Shown here in pieces: positions 19,712 to 28,508 of a DNA stretch of 64,000 nt; the stretch's first letter is position 1; every line of letters starts with the position of its first letter. Where the stretch lies: NCBI GenBank assembly GCA_965207375.1, contig OZ242274.1, positions 1,092,905 through 1,156,904 on the forward strand. Direction: 5' to 3'. This DNA comes from Nitrosopumilaceae archaeon (lineage in GTDB: Archaea > Thermoproteota > Nitrososphaeria > Nitrososphaerales > Nitrosopumilaceae). The notes below the pieces were generated by a model that was not told the origin of the DNA, did not search any database, and saw nothing but the letters and a program-made list of their open reading frames with translations. The translations under genes were made by a program, and so were the position numbers.

Positions 19712-20311
19712 TTATCGTATGTCTAGTATTATGTTGTCTAATTCCTGGAGTTGTTCTTGTACCTCTTCTGGTGTTTCTGAACCATATGAGATCAATATCC
19801 TGTCATCATCTTGTACCACATATTTCAAAATATCTGATACCTGTTCTCCGTTAATGAAAAACTTTAGTGAAAACGTATCATCTGTACAAAATTCTCTTCC
19901 GTCTGGGAAAATATAGCACTCATCTGTGACCTTGATTCCCATAGAATCAAACATGTATTCCAATTCTACTCCTATTGCATGTCTGTGAATTGTATCTCCA
20001 TTTTGTCCTTCAAAGTGAATCCATGGTGTTTTTACCTGATACGCAGGTAGCGAGAAATCAAACTCTGTTCCAAATATTTTGACAAGCATTGCAGCATGTA
20101 TGTGTTCGCTGCCTAGTGGACCTGCATTTTCTGGTCCCCCCGGTGCATCTACTGTCAATGTTGTAAATTCATATGATGCATAGGCAATAATTGAGATAAC
20201 TACTGCACCTACTGCAGCTGCGATAAGCTTGTTTTTGTAACTTTGCTTTTGTTGCCGCGCTGCATATTTTTCACGTCTTTCTTCACGATCACGCTGATGT
20301 TTTTTGCCCAT
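19712..20311 (-). CDS. Hypothetical membrane-anchored protein (199 aa)
   Basis: Basic N-terminus, one TM helix (LIAAAVGAVVISIIAYA), and a soluble His-rich domain. Confidence 0.6.
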   Translation of the reverse strand: MGKKHQRDREERREKYAARQQKQSYKNKLIAAAVGAVVISIIAYASYEFTTLTVDAPGGPENAGPLGSEHIHAAMLVKIFGTEFDFSLPAYQVKTPWIHFEGQNGDTIHRHAIGVELEYMFDSMGIKVTDECYIFPDGREFCTDDTFSLKFFINGEQVSDILKYVVQDDDRILISYGSETPEEVQEQLQELDNIILDIR

Positions 20312-20635
20312 GAATGCAAAAATTTTGAAAAATTACCCTAATTAATGATTCGATAAGTTAACTCCAAGTCATCTATAACCTCAATCCTTTTTGTTCGCGT
20401 ATTCCAAATTATATCAGACATCAAATTGTACTAGAGCATTCTGACTCAGAATCTTTTACAGATACGCCATACTGATAAATTCTAGATCGTATCCTACACC
20501 GACCAACAGTGACACTTTGGAAGAATGTTGTATGGGCAATCATGATTCAGATCTAGGCATCAAAACACCATTCATGTGACAAAGACGGTATTTTTAATAG
20601 CAGCGTTGAAATAAAATAACTGTCTTTGATATTTT

Positions 20636-21040
20636 ATGGATTGCATCTTTTGTGATATTTTAGATGGCAGACGCGCAGGCCACTTTGTATATGAGGATGA
20701 AAAACACATTGCCTTTTTAGACAAGTATCCAATCGATCACGGTCACACCTTGGTAATACCGCGAAACCATCATGAACGAATTACCCAAATGAAGGCACAA
20801 GATGTAGGCAATCTTTTCTCGCAAATTCCCAAAATTGCAAATGCGATAATTGCAGCTACGGGAGCTGTTGCATTTAGTCTGGGACAAAACAACGGCCGTG
20901 AGGCAAAACAAATTGTCCCACATGTACACGTTCATATCATTCCACGATACAAAGATCAAGAGACGGTGTGGACAAAAAGAAAGATTGCCCCAGACTCTGA
21001 ACTCTTAGAATTGGCAAATAAAATAAAATCCCACATGTAA
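20636..21040 (+). CDS. HIT-family (histidine triad) nucleotide hydrolase/transferase
   Basis: HVHVHIIPR histidine-triad motif. Confidence 0.9.
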   Translation: MDCIFCDILDGRRAGHFVYEDEKHIAFLDKYPIDHGHTLVIPRNHHERITQMKAQDVGNLFSQIPKIANAIIAATGAVAFSLGQNNGREAKQIVPHVHVHIIPRYKDQETVWTKRKIAPDSELLELANKIKSHM

Positions 21041-21041
21041 A

Positions 21042-22325
21042 TTAAGACCTGCTGTGGCCCGGATTGTATCTTAGAATGGCTCCAATTTTTCCTAAACTAG
21101 ACAGCATTGAGCCGTGTTCTGCACTGCCTGATATTACCTCAATTTTGGTTCCAGTCTTTGCAGACAACAACGCAAGATAATCTATAATGTCTTGCTCCTT
21201 TATTTCTGAATCCATTGTATTGCATTTTGAACATGATGCATTTGCAAACTCTGTTTTTTTTGGAATTACCTGCGGCCTCTCTATAATTGCCTCCTCGATA
21301 TTTTGACACCTCTTACATTTGGACTCTATTCTGTGCAAATTTGTATCATCTGTAACTAGTATTGTCTCTACTACATTGTTTTTTAGCAGGTCAATTACCT
21401 CATACAGTCCATATGCTCCCAATCCTGAATTTGAATTTATATGTCTGAATAACTGCTCTACAATCTTTTTTTCCTCGACCATTCTAAAATCTGATAAAAT
21501 ATCGCCGGATTTGACAAATGCCTCCCTTATTCCTTCTGCTCCGGCATATGATGAATCAATCGTTGAAATAATCATGTCTTGCAGTCGATATTCCAGATAA
21601 TTTCCATTAATGAAATCTTCTTTTGTGGGGCCTGGCCCTGACACTATTAATCCCTTAATTTTGTAAATATCTATAAAATATTCTCTAGTAGTTGTTGCAA
21701 TTCGATTAAAATAATATGTCAGCTCCATCTCGCGCAACTTTTGGAATCTTTTTGCAGATTGGCCTCCCTGCCTATGCTTTCCTGCCACTCCTGATGAGGT
21801 ACGTGTGAGCACCTCGATCTTGTCCCCGTGTAACAGTCCCCATCCTGCGTCTTTTGCATCAATTGCTAAAAACCCAATCAAATTGTCGTCTTTTAGCATG
21901 TCCTTTAGAATATCTACATGAAAATGATCATCACATCTGTACAGGTATTGTTTCAAATCTTTTGGAGGTTCAATCTCCCATACCTTTACCACTTCACTGC
22001 CTAGCGGTCCGCCCCCCACAGGCGGCAATGCCCCACAAAACATGACTAGTCCGCGCTCTGGCGTCTTTTTGTAAAGCTTTAGTCTTTGTACTACCTTTCC
22101 CAAGGAATCTACAACGTGGCTTCTGGTAAGATCTGATTTGATATTATCTGCGGTCCCTTGTTCTTGTTGCAGTGTTCCAACTATTTCATGAAGCTGTTTT
22201 CCTTTTGGTATGTATACGCTGATTAGCTCAGTACCTCTACCTGATTTTTGGGACAACTCATCAAGTGTTTTTCTAATCTTGTAGAGCTGAACAGAATCTT
22301 GTTTTTCTATTTTGATTTTGCCCAT
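21042..22325 (-). CDS. prf1: Peptide chain release factor aRF1
   Basis: NIKS motif (TADNIKSD) and GGQ motif (HRQGGQSAKRF). Confidence 0.95.
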   Translation of the reverse strand: MGKIKIEKQDSVQLYKIRKTLDELSQKSGRGTELISVYIPKGKQLHEIVGTLQQEQGTADNIKSDLTRSHVVDSLGKVVQRLKLYKKTPERGLVMFCGALPPVGGGPLGSEVVKVWEIEPPKDLKQYLYRCDDHFHVDILKDMLKDDNLIGFLAIDAKDAGWGLLHGDKIEVLTRTSSGVAGKHRQGGQSAKRFQKLREMELTYYFNRIATTTREYFIDIYKIKGLIVSGPGPTKEDFINGNYLEYRLQDMIISTIDSSYAGAEGIREAFVKSGDILSDFRMVEEKKIVEQLFRHINSNSGLGAYGLYEVIDLLKNNVVETILVTDDTNLHRIESKCKRCQNIEEAIIERPQVIPKKTEFANASCSKCNTMDSEIKEQDIIDYLALLSAKTGTKIEVISGSAEHGSMLSSLGKIGAILRYNPGHSRS

Positions 22326-22367
22326 GTGAGAATCTCTCTATTTTATGCATATTAAGTTTGGTTGAAA

Positions 22368-23087
22368 TTACAACCCGTCAATTGTTTTGACAAAAACTTC
22401 TAGTGGCTGATTGCCTCTTATTTTAACAATTTTTTCATCATTGAAAATTAAAAACGATGGCGTGGCATCTATTCCAATATCTTGGCCTGCTTTGTACATG
22501 TCTAGTATCATCTGTCGATATGTTTGCTTATCCATGCATTTGTTAAACTCGTTTGCATTCAAATCAACTGCAATTGCAAATTTTGTCAATGAATCCCTTG
22601 TAACCCATCCTGTCCTTTCTCCACCCCAGTTATTGTACAGCTCATCATGATACCTCCAATATTTTCCTTGATCCTTTGCACAGTAAGATGCTTCTGCAGC
22701 AAGAACCGAATCTGGACCATTTAGGGCAAAATCCTTGAAGATTAGATTTACCCTGCCGGTATCTATGTAATCGGTTTTTAGCGCCTTCATAGTTGTTTGG
22801 TGAAATCTATAACAAAACGTACATTGATAGTCTCCATACTCTACAATAGTGATTGGTGCAGATGCCTCCCCCTCCACAGGCGAACCTCCTGCTTTGAGAT
22901 TTTTCACGGTAAGTTTTGTAGAATCAAACCGAGTTGGATTGATCTGATCGTTGAACCCTACTAGAAACACCCCAACTACAATTCCTACAATTACAGGTAT
23001 TGCCACTAGCATTGCCTTGTTCACAAAATACAAACAACCTCTTTGTCTGTAAATAGCTTGGGCTGCATTAATCCAAACCTGATTCAA
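22368..23087 (-). CDS. DsbA-like thiol:disulfide oxidoreductase, membrane anchored
   Basis: CTFCYRF CxxC motif in a thioredoxin-fold context with an N-terminal TM helix. The start may be the internal Met at ~23012. Confidence 0.8.
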   Translation of the reverse strand: MNQVWINAAQAIYRQRGCLYFVNKAMLVAIPVIVGIVVGVFLVGFNDQINPTRFDSTKLTVKNLKAGGSPVEGEASAPITIVEYGDYQCTFCYRFHQTTMKALKTDYIDTGRVNLIFKDFALNGPDSVLAAEASYCAKDQGKYWRYHDELYNNWGGERTGWVTRDSLTKFAIAVDLNANEFNKCMDKQTYRQMILDMYKAGQDIGIDATPSFLIFNDEKIVKIRGNQPLEVFVKTIDGL

Positions 23088-23096
23088 ACCTTAATG

Positions 23097-23657
23097 CTAA
23101 CTTGCCGCTATGGTACACAGCGCCGAATTTTTTGCAGATACTTCTGCAACAAAGGGATCATCTGCAGATGTAATTATGACCACGTCATTTTCCTCAGGAT
23201 TCATTGACATTAGACTGTCTAGTGTTTTTTTGTCTACTAGTACCTCTTCCTCACCCGGAAAAGAAAACCGGCCACTCTTATAGACTAGTGTTAGTGCAAT
23301 TGTCGCACCGTACAATATTGCAAAATCCCTTTGCTCTAGTCCTGCCCTGATTGCCTTGGCTTGGTTTTTTATCAGTATTGCATGATTATACCTGCCGCTA
23401 AAAATGGTGGATTTTTTGATAGTACATTCATCTGGTATAGCATCAATTATCTCCTTTGCAAATTTTTTACCCTTTTCAGTAAGGTAGGTGCCTGCTCTTG
23501 CCGAATCTATTATCTTTTGTTCCTTCATGTGTAAAATCAGAGTTTTTACTGCACCTTCCCCGATATGTAACTGTCTACATAGAGTATTGCGACTTGTAAA
23601 TCTGTCTTTGTACAACAATTGCAATGCCTTGAAAACATGCGGCATGCTAAATGTCAA
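23097..23657 (-). CDS. Hypothetical protein with an N-terminal wHTH-like region (DUF4443-like)
   Basis: RNTLCRQLHIGEGAVKTLILHMKEQKII is HTH-like. The family assignment is from memory only. The TTG start is uncertain and the ATG at 23643-23645 is possible. Confidence 0.55.
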   Translation of the reverse strand: MTFSMPHVFKALQLLYKDRFTSRNTLCRQLHIGEGAVKTLILHMKEQKIIDSARAGTYLTEKGKKFAKEIIDAIPDECTIKKSTIFSGRYNHAILIKNQAKAIRAGLEQRDFAILYGATIALTLVYKSGRFSFPGEEEVLVDKKTLDSLMSMNPEENDVVIITSADDPFVAEVSAKNSALCTIAAS

Positions 23658-23767
23658 AATTTTACTAGAGCCCTTTCATGATACGATATTTTGTAAGATC
23701 TGAATTTCCTTTTTCAGATCCCATTTTAGCCTCATCTAATATTTAAATTGGACAAATCATCCTAGTG

Positions 23768-23775
23768 TTTAAATA
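23768..23775 (+). promoter_or_regulatory. TATA box candidate for cbtBA
   Basis: TTTAAATA, 23 nt upstream of the cbtB ATG. Confidence 0.45.
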
Positions 23776-23798
23776 TATTCGATATGGTCTAGCACTAT

Positions 23799-24014
23799 AT
23801 GTCCCAATCTCGACTCTTACACCTATCACAAAACAAGATCTCTGTACTGTCAATTGTTGCACTAGCCGTAATATTTGGCATGGGCCTTTTTGTAGTAGGA
23901 TTTGACAATGGACAAATCATCCAAGCAGCATTTGCTGAATCTGGAATTGATCCGCTAATAATCCATGAACTAACTCATGACATGAGACATGCAGCAGGCT
24001 TTCCCTGTCACTAG
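23799..24014 (+). CDS. cbtB: Cobalt transporter subunit CbtB
   Basis: One TM helix and the characteristic C-terminal HDMRHAAGFPCH motif. Confidence 0.85.
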   Translation: MSQSRLLHLSQNKISVLSIVALAVIFGMGLFVVGFDNGQIIQAAFAESGIDPLIIHELTHDMRHAAGFPCH

Positions 24015-24020
24015 TCTCTC

Positions 24021-24749
24021 ATGAAAACACTACTTTTTATCTTAATTGTCCTAGTTTCTGGTGCGCTTGCAGGCCTGCTTCATGGAGGCGTTAATCTTGG
24101 TTTAGTTGAACCATATCTAGATACTGCAATTGGGATTGAAAATCAAATGTTGTTTGCATCAGGTGAGCAAGAAGACAATGAAGAGTTTTGGAATTCTTAC
24201 TATTCGTATAGATTGTGGCAAAAGGGTGGTCAAATACTAGCAGGTGTAATTTTAGGCGTTGCAATGGGATCGTTATTTGGCATTGTTTTTGCACTGTCTA
24301 GAAATGTATTGCCCGGAGAACATAATATCAAAAAGGCAGTTATTTTGGCAGCAATCATGTGGCTGGTGATCTTTTTTATTCCATTTTTAAAATATCCTGC
24401 TAATCCTCCTACAATAGGTGAAGCTCAAACACTTGAACTGAGAACGACACTGTATGTTTCATTTGTAGCAATTTCTGGAGCAGGTGCTGTGGGATTTTAC
24501 CAAATAGCAAAACTTGTACACAAACATCAAAAATATGTGGCAATTGGAGGCTATGCTGGATTGATGATTGTAGCATTTGTGTTACTGCCTAGCAATCCTG
24601 ATGATGTGACTGTCTCAGCAGATTTAGTTGACGGTTTCCGGCTAGTATCAGTATTGGGTGTTTCAACGTTTTGGCTTTCTGTATCATTGCTTCTTGGTGC
24701 GTTTTGGCAAAAATTCAAGCCTGATGAATCTGTTTCCACCCAACTTTAG
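24021..24749 (+). CDS. cbtA: Cobalt transporter subunit CbtA
   Basis: Polytopic membrane protein of ~240 aa immediately after cbtB. Confidence 0.8.
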   Translation: MKTLLFILIVLVSGALAGLLHGGVNLGLVEPYLDTAIGIENQMLFASGEQEDNEEFWNSYYSYRLWQKGGQILAGVILGVAMGSLFGIVFALSRNVLPGEHNIKKAVILAAIMWLVIFFIPFLKYPANPPTIGEAQTLELRTTLYVSFVAISGAGAVGFYQIAKLVHKHQKYVAIGGYAGLMIVAFVLLPSNPDDVTVSADLVDGFRLVSVLGVSTFWLSVSLLLGAFWQKFKPDESVSTQL

Positions 24750-24752
24750 TGA

Positions 24753-24778
24753 TATTCTCATACTCTAGAATGAGAATA
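24753..24778. promoter_or_regulatory. Operator-like dyad TATTCTCA-N10-TGAGAATA upstream of the ArsR pair
   Basis: Perfect 8-bp inverted arms, ending 11 nt before the TATA at 24790. 20 of 26 positions are identical to the site at 25486-25511. Confidence 0.55.
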
Positions 24779-24789
24779 ATACCCACGCG

Positions 24790-24797
24790 TTTAAATA
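24790..24797 (+). promoter_or_regulatory. TATA box candidate for the ArsR-pair operon
   Basis: TTTAAATA, 25 nt upstream of the ATG at 24823. Confidence 0.5.
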
Positions 24798-24822
24798 ACT
24801 CTTCATACTATGTGCTTTGAAA

Positions 24823-25149
24823 ATGACAAAAAGGCACACATTACCTCAGTTAAAAAAATATGATGTCAATCAAAAGGTAATCGAAGCACTTGCTGATGCC
24901 GAATCTAGGGCAATACTGTTTTCAGTCATTAAAAAAGGAAAAACTGCTGCTGAATTATCTGAAAAACTAAGAATTCCCCTAAGTTCTGTATACAAAAAAC
25001 TATCTGAATTAGAAGAGCTGACCTTGATTCAGATTGAAAAATTGTTATCTGATAAGGGACGCAAATTCAAGGTGTACCGCAGCCGAATCCGCAAGGCAGA
25101 AATATCCATAAAAAAGCCAGAACCCGTATTGAGCCTAATTCCGAACTGA
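24823..25149 (+). CDS. ArsR-family wHTH transcriptional regulator (copy 1)
   Basis: ILFSVIKKGKTAAELSEKLRIPLSSVYKKLSELEEL is an HTH. Paralog of the next gene. The track starts at TTG 24817, but ATG 24823 fits leaderless spacing. Confidence 0.8.
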   Translation: MTKRHTLPQLKKYDVNQKVIEALADAESRAILFSVIKKGKTAAELSEKLRIPLSSVYKKLSELEELTLIQIEKLLSDKGRKFKVYRSRIRKAEISIKKPEPVLSLIPN

Positions 25150-25151
25150 TC

Positions 25152-25484
25152 ATGTCCAAAGCAAATATAATTCAGCTAAGTGAATTTGACATTACTCAAA
25201 AAATTATAGAGTCCTTGACTAATGTATGCACACGAGCCGTTTTGTTCTCTGTCAAAGAACAGTCAAAGGATGCGACACAAATTGCAAGCGAATTGAAAAT
25301 TTCAATTTCAACTGTATACAAAACCCTTTCACATTTAGAGGATCTAGCACTAGTTGAAATTGAAAAATTTACAATAACTGATGAGGGCAAAAAAATCAAA
25401 CAGTACCGCAGCCGAATAGGCAAGGTGGAGATTACCCTAAAGGACATGGATCCCATCCTCAATCTTTATCCAAACAAAGAATAG
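25152..25484 (+). CDS. ArsR-family wHTH transcriptional regulator (copy 2)
   Basis: Same length and architecture as copy 1 (VLFSVKEQSKDATQIASELKISISTVYKTLSHLEDL ... YRSRIGKVEI). Confidence 0.8.
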   Translation: MSKANIIQLSEFDITQKIIESLTNVCTRAVLFSVKEQSKDATQIASELKISISTVYKTLSHLEDLALVEIEKFTITDEGKKIKQYRSRIGKVEITLKDMDPILNLYPNKE

Positions 25485-25485
25485 C

Positions 25486-25511
25486 CATTCTGAATCTTTA
25501 GAACGAGAATA
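25486..25511. promoter_or_regulatory. Second copy of the operator-like motif, upstream of phnD
   Basis: CATTCTGA-atctttagaa-CGAGAATA, ending 16 nt before the TATA at 25528. Confidence 0.5.
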
Positions 25512-25527
25512 TAGAATTATACTACCG

Positions 25528-25535
25528 TTTAAATA
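25528..25535 (+). promoter_or_regulatory. TATA box candidate for phnDCE
   Basis: TTTAAATA, 20 nt upstream of the phnD ATG at 25556. Confidence 0.5.
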
Positions 25536-25555
25536 ATTAGCTTAAACTAATCCCA

Positions 25556-26662
25556 ATGTTTGGCATGAAACAAAATATGCAAATTACAATATTGGTTCTA
25601 GTTACTGCAACTACATTTACAGGTGTTGCAATATTGCCAGGTGTTGCAGCACAGGATGCATCTGTTCCTAGTTGGATTAAAAACACTGCAAAATTCTGGT
25701 CTACAGGAGACATATCTGATACTGAATTTCTCAACGCCATAAAATATCTTGTTGAAAACCAGATAATTCAGATAGATGAGGGCAGCTCAGATGCGCAATT
25801 AGACGTTGACGAATTGACAATTGGATTCATTCCTGTTGAAAAAGCAGACGAGCTAACTCCAAAAGCCAAAGCATTAGAGCTATTTCTTGAAGAAAGACTT
25901 GGCATAGATGTAAAAATTGTCATTCCAACAAACTATGAGACAATAATTGAGGGAATGAGATTTGGACACATTGATGCTGCATTTATGGATACAGGTCCTG
26001 CATGGATAACGCACCAAAGAACCGGTGCACAGGCAGTTTTGGCAGAGGTAGTTGCAGGCAAAATCAATTATCAGGCAACTGTTTGGACTAGCGCAGACAA
26101 TGACTCGATTCATACTATTGAGGACACCCTAGGAAAGCGCGTTGCTTTTACTAGTATTACCGGTTCTTCTGGATTTGTACGACCCATGGGGACCTTGGTT
26201 ACAAGTGGCGCAATAGATATTTCAGGTAGCGACATTGTTGCCTTGGAGGCAGCACTTGCTGATTCCTTTGATGAATATACCTTTGCTGGCGGCTACAAGG
26301 CTGCCTTGCAATTGTTACTAAATGACAACGTAGATGTTGCATTTGGCTCTGATATCGCACCGCAAAAATACCTGCAATTATCTGATCAGCAAAAACTTAG
26401 ACCGGTAACGACTATAGGCCCTGTTCCGTCCCATGTGTTCATGGTTGCTCCAGAGGTATCTGATGGTACAAAGCAGGCACTAGTTGATGCACTAGTCCAA
26501 CTCAATTATGATAAACACAACGAAATTCTTCAAAATCTGTATGGTGCAGAGGCATTACTTCCAACTACTACTGCACTGCACATTGGTGAATTTGGTACCT
26601 TCATTGACGCACTGACTGGCCTTGATCAAAAAATACTTGATAAATACAACAAAAGCAAATAA
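25556..26662 (+). CDS. phnD: Phosphonate/phosphite ABC transporter substrate-binding protein with an N-terminal extension
   Basis: The PhnD-like core is TIGFIPVEKADELTPKAKALELFLEERLGIDVKIVIPTNYETIIEGMRFGHIDAAFMDTGPAW. It is preceded by a signal/anchor and a ~60-aa module (PSWIKNTAKFWSTGDISDTEFLNAIKYLVENQII). Confidence 0.85.
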   Translation: MFGMKQNMQITILVLVTATTFTGVAILPGVAAQDASVPSWIKNTAKFWSTGDISDTEFLNAIKYLVENQIIQIDEGSSDAQLDVDELTIGFIPVEKADELTPKAKALELFLEERLGIDVKIVIPTNYETIIEGMRFGHIDAAFMDTGPAWITHQRTGAQAVLAEVVAGKINYQATVWTSADNDSIHTIEDTLGKRVAFTSITGSSGFVRPMGTLVTSGAIDISGSDIVALEAALADSFDEYTFAGGYKAALQLLLNDNVDVAFGSDIAPQKYLQLSDQQKLRPVTTIGPVPSHVFMVAPEVSDGTKQALVDALVQLNYDKHNEILQNLYGAEALLPTTTALHIGEFGTFIDALTGLDQKILDKYNKSK

Positions 26663-26693
26663 AAAGCAAGAGTCAATATTGACAATACAACAA

Positions 26694-27494
26694 ATGTCCT
26701 CTGATTCTTTTTCTCTAATAAACACCACAACTATAATTCAAATGAATGATGTCTGGACATCTTATGACTCTAAAAATTATGCATTAAAAAGTATCAAAAT
26801 GTCAATAGATAGGGGCACCAATTATGCAATTGTTGGTGTCTCAGGCTCTGGAAAATCTACACTTGTAAAATTACTCAACGGTATGATGAAACCAAGCAAG
26901 GGAATAATCAAGGTAGACTATCAGACCCCTGACATTGCTAGTCCACAATTTCGTAAATTAATGCACAAAATAGGTTATATTCCTCAAAATCTGGGTCTTG
27001 TAAAAAATTTAACGGTCAAAGAAAATATTTTGATTGGTTCCCTTCCGAGACTGGGAAAGGTCCAATCATTTTTCAAATCATTTCCCAAAGATGAACTAGT
27101 CTACGCAGAACAGCTATTGGGCATGGTGGGACTGTCTGGAAAAGCAACGCGCAAGGCCTACATGCTAAGTGGTGGTGAAAAACGTCGTGTTGCAATAGCA
27201 CGTGCCCTAATGCAAAAACCTGACATATTGCTAGCAGATGAGATTGTTTCAGAATTAGATCATGTTACTGCGCATGAAATAATGGATCTAATTGTTGATG
27301 CACAAAAAAGACTAGGTCTCACTGCCATTATGGTTCATCATGATATGCAACTTGCATTAGAATATGCAAACAGAGTTGCAGTTATCAAAGAGGGAGAAAA
27401 AATATTGGAAATTGGAGTGGAAGGTGACCAAATTGTTGATTTTCAAACGGGTAATCTAACACAAGAAGAAATATTAGAGATGTATGCCAAATGA
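26694..27494 (+). CDS. phnC: Phosphonate ABC transporter ATP-binding protein
   Basis: Walker A GVSGSGKST, signature LSGGEKRRVAIARAL, and Walker B ILLADE. The ORF opens at 26622 but ATG 26694 avoids overlap with phnD. Confidence 0.85.
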   Translation: MSSDSFSLINTTTIIQMNDVWTSYDSKNYALKSIKMSIDRGTNYAIVGVSGSGKSTLVKLLNGMMKPSKGIIKVDYQTPDIASPQFRKLMHKIGYIPQNLGLVKNLTVKENILIGSLPRLGKVQSFFKSFPKDELVYAEQLLGMVGLSGKATRKAYMLSGGEKRRVAIARALMQKPDILLADEIVSELDHVTAHEIMDLIVDAQKRLGLTAIMVHHDMQLALEYANRVAVIKEGEKILEIGVEGDQIVDFQTGNLTQEEILEMYAK

Positions 27495-28279
27495 ATCAAA
27501 AAAGCAATCTCCTAGTTGGTATAATTATTGCAATTGTGATTGCAGCATCAATTAATGTCGATGCCAACCCTTTAGATTTTGCCCAGGGTCTGCCCAATCT
27601 TGTAATTATTGCACAGGAAATTGCCTTGGGGATAACTGATTTGAGTCTGTTTCAAACCGCCTTTTTTGCAATGTTTGAAACAGTACAGATGGCCTTTATT
27701 GGAACAATTGTAGGTGTGGCAATTGCAATGCCTTTGAGCCTGCTTGCTGCTAGAAATCTTAACAGCAAATGGGTTTATGCTCCGATTCGTGCACTGCTTG
27801 CTGCCATCCGAACATTTCCGTCAATTCTGTGGGCAATCCTGTTTGTTATAATGGTGGGTTTAGGACCATTTGCTGGAGTGTTGGCAATTATCATGTATAC
27901 TATTGGGTTTGTTGCAAAACTACAGTATGAAGCAATTGAAACAATTGATTCAGATCCTATGGATGCAGTAACATCAATTGGTGTAAGCAAGGCTCAGCTT
28001 ATACGTTATGTTGTAATTCCAGAATCTGCATCTCATCTGTTAAGTCAGGTACTTTACATGTTTGATTATAACGTACGTCAAACAAGCATTTTGGGAATTG
28101 TAGGTGCAGGAGGTATCGGCTTTTATATTATTAATTATATAAAATTTTTCGAATATGGTAAAGCGGTAATTTTCATGCTGGTAGTTTTGGCTACTGTACT
28201 AGTAATTGATTTGATTAGCGTAAAGATTCGTGACAGATATATTATAAAATCACAACGCGGCATGCAGGTCAAAGCATAG
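27491..28279 (+). CDS. phnE: Phosphonate ABC transporter permease
   Basis: Polytopic protein with an EAA-like loop (DPMDAVTSIGVSKAQLIRYVVIPE). 4-nt overlap with phnC. Confidence 0.85.
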   Translation: MNQKSNLLVGIIIAIVIAASINVDANPLDFAQGLPNLVIIAQEIALGITDLSLFQTAFFAMFETVQMAFIGTIVGVAIAMPLSLLAARNLNSKWVYAPIRALLAAIRTFPSILWAILFVIMVGLGPFAGVLAIIMYTIGFVAKLQYEAIETIDSDPMDAVTSIGVSKAQLIRYVVIPESASHLLSQVLYMFDYNVRQTSILGIVGAGGIGFYIINYIKFFEYGKAVIFMLVVLATVLVIDLISVKIRDRYIIKSQRGMQVKA

Positions 28280-28508
28280 TTTGCAACCTTTTTGGCAAAT
28301 TGATGCTTTTGTAAAAATCCACATGATTTAGCATCAGATGTTGATATGATTGTACAATTTGTTAAATCATAATTTGTCATACTTTAGAATACAACTGCAC
28401 ACGATCCTACAAAACTTTGGAAAATCTCTATCTGACTAAAAGATTGATCAAACATACTCAATATTTTTGTCTTATATTGGTCATTTAGAATCAAAACATT
28501 TTTTGTTT

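Noticed and set aside
21222-21317. A Cys4 (CKRC...CSKC) insertion in the C-terminal domain of aRF1
   Set aside because: It lies where eRF1/aRF1 proteins carry a variable mini-domain. It is probably a lineage-typical feature rather than a novelty, and this cannot be assessed without an alignment.
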